Shown here piece by piece: positions 28,060 to 32,000 of a stretch of 32,000 bases of DNA. Every line of letters starts with the position of its first letter. Within the stretch, counting starts at the first letter, position 1. Source of the DNA: an archaeon GW2011_AR10 (lineage in GTDB: Archaea > Iainarchaeota > Iainarchaeia > Iainarchaeales > GW2011-AR10). The notes beneath the pieces are model-generated. The model made no database searches. It was not told where the DNA came from and saw nothing but the letters and a program-made list of their open reading frames with translations. The position numbers and the translations under genes are program-made. The stretch is taken from the NCBI GenBank assembly GCA_000830275.1, contig CP010424.1, forward strand, positions 870,001 to 902,000. The letters are read 5' to 3'.

Positions 28060-28131
28060 TCACCTGCTATAGCTAAAATTTGGTCTAAAATGGTTTGTTT
28101 TTCAAAAAAGTTAATTTTAAAAATCCGGGGC

Positions 28132-28139
28132 TTTATAAT
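28132..28139 (+). promoter_or_regulatory. TATA-like box (TTTATAAT) upstream of the NYN gene
   Basis: It lies about 54 nt upstream of ATG 28190. A second A/T box, TTTTAAAAA, sits at 28115-28123. Confidence 0.35.
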
Positions 28140-28189
28140 ATATTTTATTGCATCCCCGGAGTTGCTTCGGCAAACCCGGGCTTATACTT

Positions 28190-28813
28190 ATGCCCAAAAA
28201 GAAAGCTATTTTGTTCATTGACGGCTCAAACTTTTACCATGGTTTAAAACAAAACAAGTTCTTTGACTTGTTTAATTACAAGTCTTTTTTTGAAGAGTTG
28301 TCCAAGGAATTTGAAATTCCAAAAGTCTATTTTTATGATGCAATCAAAAATATAAGCATTGAACCGGAACAGTATTCAAAGCAACAGGCATTCCATGAAC
28401 ACCTAAGGAAAGAAATCCCAGTGCTTGTTGTGCGCGCAAGAAAACTCAAATACCTTGGAGTAGACCACAAAATTGAAGATGCAAAAAAGAACACAAAATT
28501 CTGCAAAGACTGCAAGCCAAAACTAAACGAATTTTTGACTAATGCGGGATTAAGCAAGCTTTCAAAAGAAAAAGGAATTGACATTCTCCTTGTGACCGAT
28601 ATGATCAAGGGCGCATTTCAGGAACAATACCAGACAGCATTGCTTGCCACAGGCGACGCTGATTATGTGCCGGCAGTTGAACTTGTGCAAACTCTGAAAA
28701 AAGAAGTTATCAACCTGCATTTTTATGCGGGGAGTTCTGCAGAATTAAGAATAATCTGCAATTCCCACAAACTAATCCAAGTTGATGCAAAAGGAAACTG
28801 TTATTTCAGATGA
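28190..28813 (+). CDS. NYN-domain (LabA/DUF88-like) putative ribonuclease
   Basis: MPKKKAILFIDGSNFYHG, EKGIDILLVTDMIKGA and ALLATGDADYVPAVELVQ match the LabA-like NYN pattern. The longest ORF starts at TTG 28148 and would add 14 poorly conserved-looking residues. Confidence 0.85.
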   Translation: MPKKKAILFIDGSNFYHGLKQNKFFDLFNYKSFFEELSKEFEIPKVYFYDAIKNISIEPEQYSKQQAFHEHLRKEIPVLVVRARKLKYLGVDHKIEDAKKNTKFCKDCKPKLNEFLTNAGLSKLSKEKGIDILLVTDMIKGAFQEQYQTALLATGDADYVPAVELVQTLKKEVINLHFYAGSSAELRIICNSHKLIQVDAKGNCYFR

Positions 28814-28875
28814 TGGTTTAGCAGTATTCAAGTATTTTTTCACACTTGCCTGTGGAGGGGCAAAGCAAAACACGG

Positions 28876-28883
28876 AAAAAAAA
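28876..28883 (-). terminator. T8 tract (minus strand) after the coiled-coil/transglutaminase-like gene
   Basis: The A8 run on the plus strand at 28876..28883 reads GATTTTTTTTCCG on the minus strand, about 30 nt past the stop at 28912. Confidence 0.4.
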
Positions 28884-28911
28884 TCGGATTCTGCAATTTT
28901 GGGTTACTTTC

Positions 28912-29823
28912 CTAAATGAACTGCTCATAGTTTTTGTTGTTGAACTTGTAGAGGAAGCGCTTGATTTTGGAATCATTGAATGAATAGCTTGCAAGAACCC
29001 TTGCTTTCTCTCCGGAAAAAGCGTCAAAGGAATGCCTTTGGCTTGGGTCGAGGATGAAAAACCTTCCATTGAATTCTGTTATCACGAAAGCGTGCGTTGA
29101 AAGGTTGTCTAGTTCAGCTATAACCACTTCCGCTTTTTCATCACCTAAAGCACGGAGGAGCGAGCACAAAAAAACAGCCAAGTCTTCATCATCTCCAATT
29201 TTTTCTGCGAGAATTTCTTTCGGCGAGAGCCAGAAGTTAAGGTCAAGGTCTGCCTTTACGAAAGTGAACTCCCTTGAAACAAACTCGAAAACTTTGCGTG
29301 CAGCCGCCAAATAGTTTTTTTCAAACAAGTAGTTTTCCGGCTTGAATTCAGCAACCATTGACTGCACTGAAAGGTTTTCAGCATCAACGAGGCCTTTGAT
29401 CTCTCCAACAGTTTTTTTCTCGAACTCGTTTATTATGTCAGAGTACTTTTCGAGCAGCAGCGCGTAAAGCTTGAACTTAGGCATTTTCTCTTCGGCTGTT
29501 TCAGCTACATCGGAGAGAACACGCTGGCCTTTCCTTAAAAGCCTGTTTTCATCCAGGGCCCTTGAAAGCATTTTCTTGGCTTCCGCAAGCTCTTTTTTTA
29601 GTTTCCTGTTTTCCTCTTCTAACCGCGAATAGCTTGGACCGTGAACTGATACAAGCGCAGAGCGAAGCTCAGCAATCTGCTCCCTCAACTCGTGCTTCCT
29701 TTCAGAATCAGTTTCCTCGCGAAGCTCAACTTCGAGGGCTTGAATTGCTCTCAAAATCGACTGCTCGGCATCAGTTCTGCTGAGTTTCTGGCTTGAAATG
29801 CCTGAGAGCTCATTAAAGCCCAT
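28912..29823 (-). CDS. Coiled-coil protein with a C-terminal transglutaminase-like fold lacking the catalytic Cys
   Basis: The N-terminal ~110 aa are heptad-rich and charged (ELREETDSERKHELREQIAELR.., EEENRKLKKELAEAKKML). The C-terminal IGDDEDLAVFLCSLLRALG...THAFVI...FFILDP aligns by eye to the core G.C.DFA..f..llRalG...HaWve...lDP, with Asp in place of the nucleophile Cys. Confidence 0.8.
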   Translation of the reverse strand: MGFNELSGISSQKLSRTDAEQSILRAIQALEVELREETDSERKHELREQIAELRSALVSVHGPSYSRLEEENRKLKKELAEAKKMLSRALDENRLLRKGQRVLSDVAETAEEKMPKFKLYALLLEKYSDIINEFEKKTVGEIKGLVDAENLSVQSMVAEFKPENYLFEKNYLAAARKVFEFVSREFTFVKADLDLNFWLSPKEILAEKIGDDEDLAVFLCSLLRALGDEKAEVVIAELDNLSTHAFVITEFNGRFFILDPSQRHSFDAFSGEKARVLASYSFNDSKIKRFLYKFNNKNYEQFI

Positions 29824-29897
29824 CTAATATACATAATATGGTGAAAAGGCTCTAAAAGGTATGTTTTAAGGAAAAAAGAGGGGTTAGGCAGATTAGT

Positions 29898-29985
29898 GTC
29901 AAAAACCGCCCAATAATTGGGCGGCATGATTTTCACGCATAAAACGGTTTTTGACAGTAGTAATTCCACTCCACTGTTTCCAGCG
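29898..29985 (+). repeat. Conserved structured intergenic element, copy 3 (5' portion only; 3' strand of P2 missing or displaced)
   Basis: P1 is an 11-bp stem, GTCAAAAACCG 29898-29908 with CGGTTTTTGAC 29945-29955. TTTTTGACAGTAGTAATTCC at 29948-29967 matches the copy 1/2 block at 18 of 20 positions. The P3-like CCACTG..CAGCG stem has the same A.C mismatch as copy 1. A possible 3' remnant, AGTGGAACGCTGATTC, lies at 30323-30338. Confidence 0.4.
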
Positions 29986-30353
29986 AAGCTGCGTTTTCGC
30001 AAACCTCCTTGTAAAACCTTTGGTTTTGCGAGGCCCGCAAAATCTATGATTTTGCTTGGGTTTTCTAAAAGGCTTAAGGCAGGGTTATCCAAACATTTAA
30101 TGGACGCCATGAACCCGTCAACGCAACACTTTGTCAAAAAGAAAACAGGTGTTTTTATTTCACTTGACAAAGTGTTGAAAAGATACCGAGACCAATAACC
30201 GCGACTTAAAAGCCAAGGTATCTTTTGGGTTGAATGAAATAGTTGGGCAAATGGTCAAACAAACCACTTGGAACACTGCACTATGCCACACTATTGCAGA
30301 CTACTAATAACAAAATATTAATAGTGGAACGCTGATTCTATTTAGGGGTTTTC

Positions 30354-30929
30354 TTGGAAGAGGAAGCAAAGGAAAAACTGGAGAAAGCAGCAATAGTTTT
30401 TGCTGTGCTGCTGCTGATTGCAATTGCATATGTAACCTACGTGCAGCCGGTTTTAGTGCAGGGTGAACCGCCAAAAGATGGAGGAAGCAATGGAACAGGG
30501 CAACTTAGGGGCTGCTTTGAACTGCAGGGCTTTCTGTGCAAGGAAAACGAGAAGTGTTCTGCGGAATTGCTGCAGGCAACTGAAAGCAACTGCTGCAGCG
30601 AGGCCTGCATTTCAGCTGAGCCTTATGCTGGAGGAACTTATGCTGGGGAAGGCATAGAAATTGATGGCACTGCAACCGAGGAACAGAAAGAAAAAATAAG
30701 GGAATACATTCAAGAGCAGCTTTCCTCAAAGAATCCTATTGATGAAGGAAGTGAGGGCATTGAAGGAGGGGGAGGAACTGGCAGCGCAGTTGTGCTGGGC
30801 ATTCCATGCGAGCTGCCAAATGGGCATCCAATATTGTACTGCGACTGCATGGACATTTGCTTGTCAGAAGAAGTTCCACAGGAAGAATGCGAGCTTATTT
30901 GCTATGGCAGGCAAGTTGAGGCGAGCTAA
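30354..30929 (+). CDS. Membrane-anchored Cys-motif protein, first gene of the pilin-like operon
   Basis: TTG start with GGGG 6 nt upstream. N-terminal TM helix AAIVFAVLLLIAIAYVTYV. The Cys motif GCFELQGFLCKENEKCSAELLQATESNCCSEAC is shared with the giant protein. An acidic middle region is followed by a Cys-rich C-terminus. The stop codon directly abuts the next ATG (TAAATG). Confidence 0.75.
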   Translation: MEEEAKEKLEKAAIVFAVLLLIAIAYVTYVQPVLVQGEPPKDGGSNGTGQLRGCFELQGFLCKENEKCSAELLQATESNCCSEACISAEPYAGGTYAGEGIEIDGTATEEQKEKIREYIQEQLSSKNPIDEGSEGIEGGGGTGSAVVLGIPCELPNGHPILYCDCMDICLSEEVPQEECELICYGRQVEAS

Positions 30930-31346
30930 ATGAATTCAGTTGAAAGAGTAAAAGCGCAGGTAGCAGCAGAGTACTTGATTGTAATGGCTTTCCTGCTGGT
31001 GGCAGTTGGAGTGCTTTCAGCTTACAGTTTCATTACATTAAGCGAATCAATCAAGGCAAGGCAGGCAATCAATGCTGTTGACTCAATCGCAAACGCTGCT
31101 GACAGGGTTGGGGCATTTGGAGAAAACAGCAAGCTGATTGTGAAAGTTGAGCTGCCGGACGGAGTGCTGGCATTCAAAACAACAGGAAAAGAGGTTCAGA
31201 TTCAGATGCAGAGCTTCGGCAACACTACAGATGTTTATACAACAGCATTGTTTGATATTACTCCTGCAACGCTCTCCCCAAACAGTGGAAAAACATTATA
31301 CCTTGTTGAAGTGGTTGACTCAAACGTTGTTGTTTCACCAGCGTAA
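30930..31346 (+). CDS. Archaeal type IV pilin-like protein (class III signal peptide)
   Basis: MNSVERVKA/QVAAEYLIVMAFLLVAVGVLSA has a basic residue, then (G/A)-Q...E, then a hydrophobic helix. This is typical of prepilin-peptidase (PibD/EppA-type) substrates. Confidence 0.8.
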   Translation: MNSVERVKAQVAAEYLIVMAFLLVAVGVLSAYSFITLSESIKARQAINAVDSIANAADRVGAFGENSKLIVKVELPDGVLAFKTTGKEVQIQMQSFGNTTDVYTTALFDITPATLSPNSGKTLYLVEVVDSNVVVSPA

Positions 31347-31355
31347 GTGTTTTGA

Positions 31356-31718
31356 ATGAATGGAAAAGGCCAAGTGGAAGTAGAAGCAGTGGCAGCAGTA
31401 GGAGTTGTGCTTCTTTTCTTTGTGCTTGGAATGGTTTTAGTGACGATAAGGAACAATGAAGTTAATGCTCTGCAGGAAGTGCAGTTCAAAGAAGCGCAAT
31501 GCAGGAAAGTGTCAGAAATAATCGGGTTCCTCAATGCAAGGCAGGGCAGCCAAGAGATTTTTTTCCGGCTGAACGAGGATGCCAACATCTCGCAGGGAGA
31601 AGTGATTGTTGGAAGCGTTTTCTGCAGGCATTTGGGAAGCGCTGCTGAAGCGCAGCTTTCAAGCGGAAAAGTGAAAGCAAGCGAAGTGAACGGAGCTGTT
31701 GTGCTTGAAAACGTTTGA
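31356..31718 (+). CDS. Archaeal type IV pilin-like protein (class III signal peptide)
   Basis: MNGKG/QVEVEAVAAVGVVLLFFVLGMVLV carries a KGQ motif followed by a hydrophobic helix. It lies 10 nt after the preceding gene. Confidence 0.7.
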   Translation: MNGKGQVEVEAVAAVGVVLLFFVLGMVLVTIRNNEVNALQEVQFKEAQCRKVSEIIGFLNARQGSQEIFFRLNEDANISQGEVIVGSVFCRHLGSAAEAQLSSGKVKASEVNGAVVLENV

Positions 31719-32000
31719 CCTGAATGAGAGCGGGCAAACAATCCTTGTGGACCTGACTTTTGCGCTGCTGATTTTTCTGCTGGTGTTCAATTCAATTAAT
31801 GCAGCATACATTTCCTCTGTTGCAAGCGTTAAAGAAAGAAGCCGGCTGAACGAAATGCAGCTCAAGGCAACGCAGGCAATTGAAAGCCTTGTAAGCTTTG
31901 AAGGAACTCCAAGCAACTGGGAGGAACTGCCGCTGCAGCAGGTTCAAGAAATTGGTTTGGCCGATGAAAGCAAAACAATAAACGAGGCAAAGCTTAACGC
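31705..32000 (+). CDS. Putative pilin-like or membrane protein, 3' end beyond the window (not in the ORF track)
   Basis: Frame 1 is open from TTG 31705 (GGAG lies 9 nt upstream) to the window end: MKTFDLNESGQTILVDLTFALLIFLLVFNSINAAY... It overlaps the previous stop by 14 nt. The start codon is uncertain. Confidence 0.5.
   Translation, partial: MKTFDLNESGQTILVDLTFALLIFLLVFNSINAAYISSVASVKERSRLNEMQLKATQAIESLVSFEGTPSNWEELPLQQVQEIGLADESKTINEAKLN

Noticed and set aside
29751-30198. Mutually overlapping 139-aa minus-strand and 93-aa plus-strand ORFs in the 530-nt spacer
   Set aside because: They overlap each other and overlap long perfect hairpins, and their composition is odd. The 139-aa ORF would also overlap the 5' end of the transglutaminase-like gene in another frame.
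18993-30338. Whether the repeated hairpin elements could be a CRISPR array, or MITEs with terminal inverted repeats
   Set aside because: There are only three copies, kilobases apart, with unequal lengths. There are no regular repeat-spacer units and no cas genes, so this is not a CRISPR array. A MITE origin is not excluded. However, the conserved blocks lie outside the P1 inverted repeat, no target-site duplications were seen, and the stems covary, which argues for selection on structure.

Overview
About 78% of this 32-kb window is taken up by four minus-strand genes for secreted, modular surface proteins. They are: a 5'-complete, 3'-truncated protein of more than 640 aa (1..1923, absent from the ORF track); a 5,471-aa giant (1905..18320); a 337-aa membrane-anchored protein with a 20-Gly hinge (19896..20909); and a 1,861-aa protein (20973..26534, longest ORF to 26558). 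Between and after these lie small plus-strand genes (DUF2283, PIN-like, PfkB kinase, NYN/LabA-like) and a minus-strand coiled-coil plus transglutaminase-like gene. The window ends with the start of a plus-strand operon whose products carry archaeal class III (type IV pilin-like) signal peptides. Four things point to an archaeon, most plausibly a small-genome DPANN-type organism (inference): TATA-like boxes about 25-30 nt upstream of starts, oligo-T tracts after genes, class III signal peptides, and CGxGxCxxGE..C..DC repeats. I recognised no rRNA, tRNA, CRISPR array, transposase, integrase or reverse transcriptase. The most unusual observations are: (1) a three-copy structured intergenic element with compensatory base changes, lying upstream of the PIN-like gene, the NYN-like gene and the pilin operon; (2) the domain mosaic and internal duplications of the giant protein; (3) a 1,861-aa protein built from modules carrying a repeated (D/Q)EPHP signature; (4) a Cys motif shared between the giant protein and the first gene of the pilin operon. 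All domain names come from motif recognition by eye; no searches were run.
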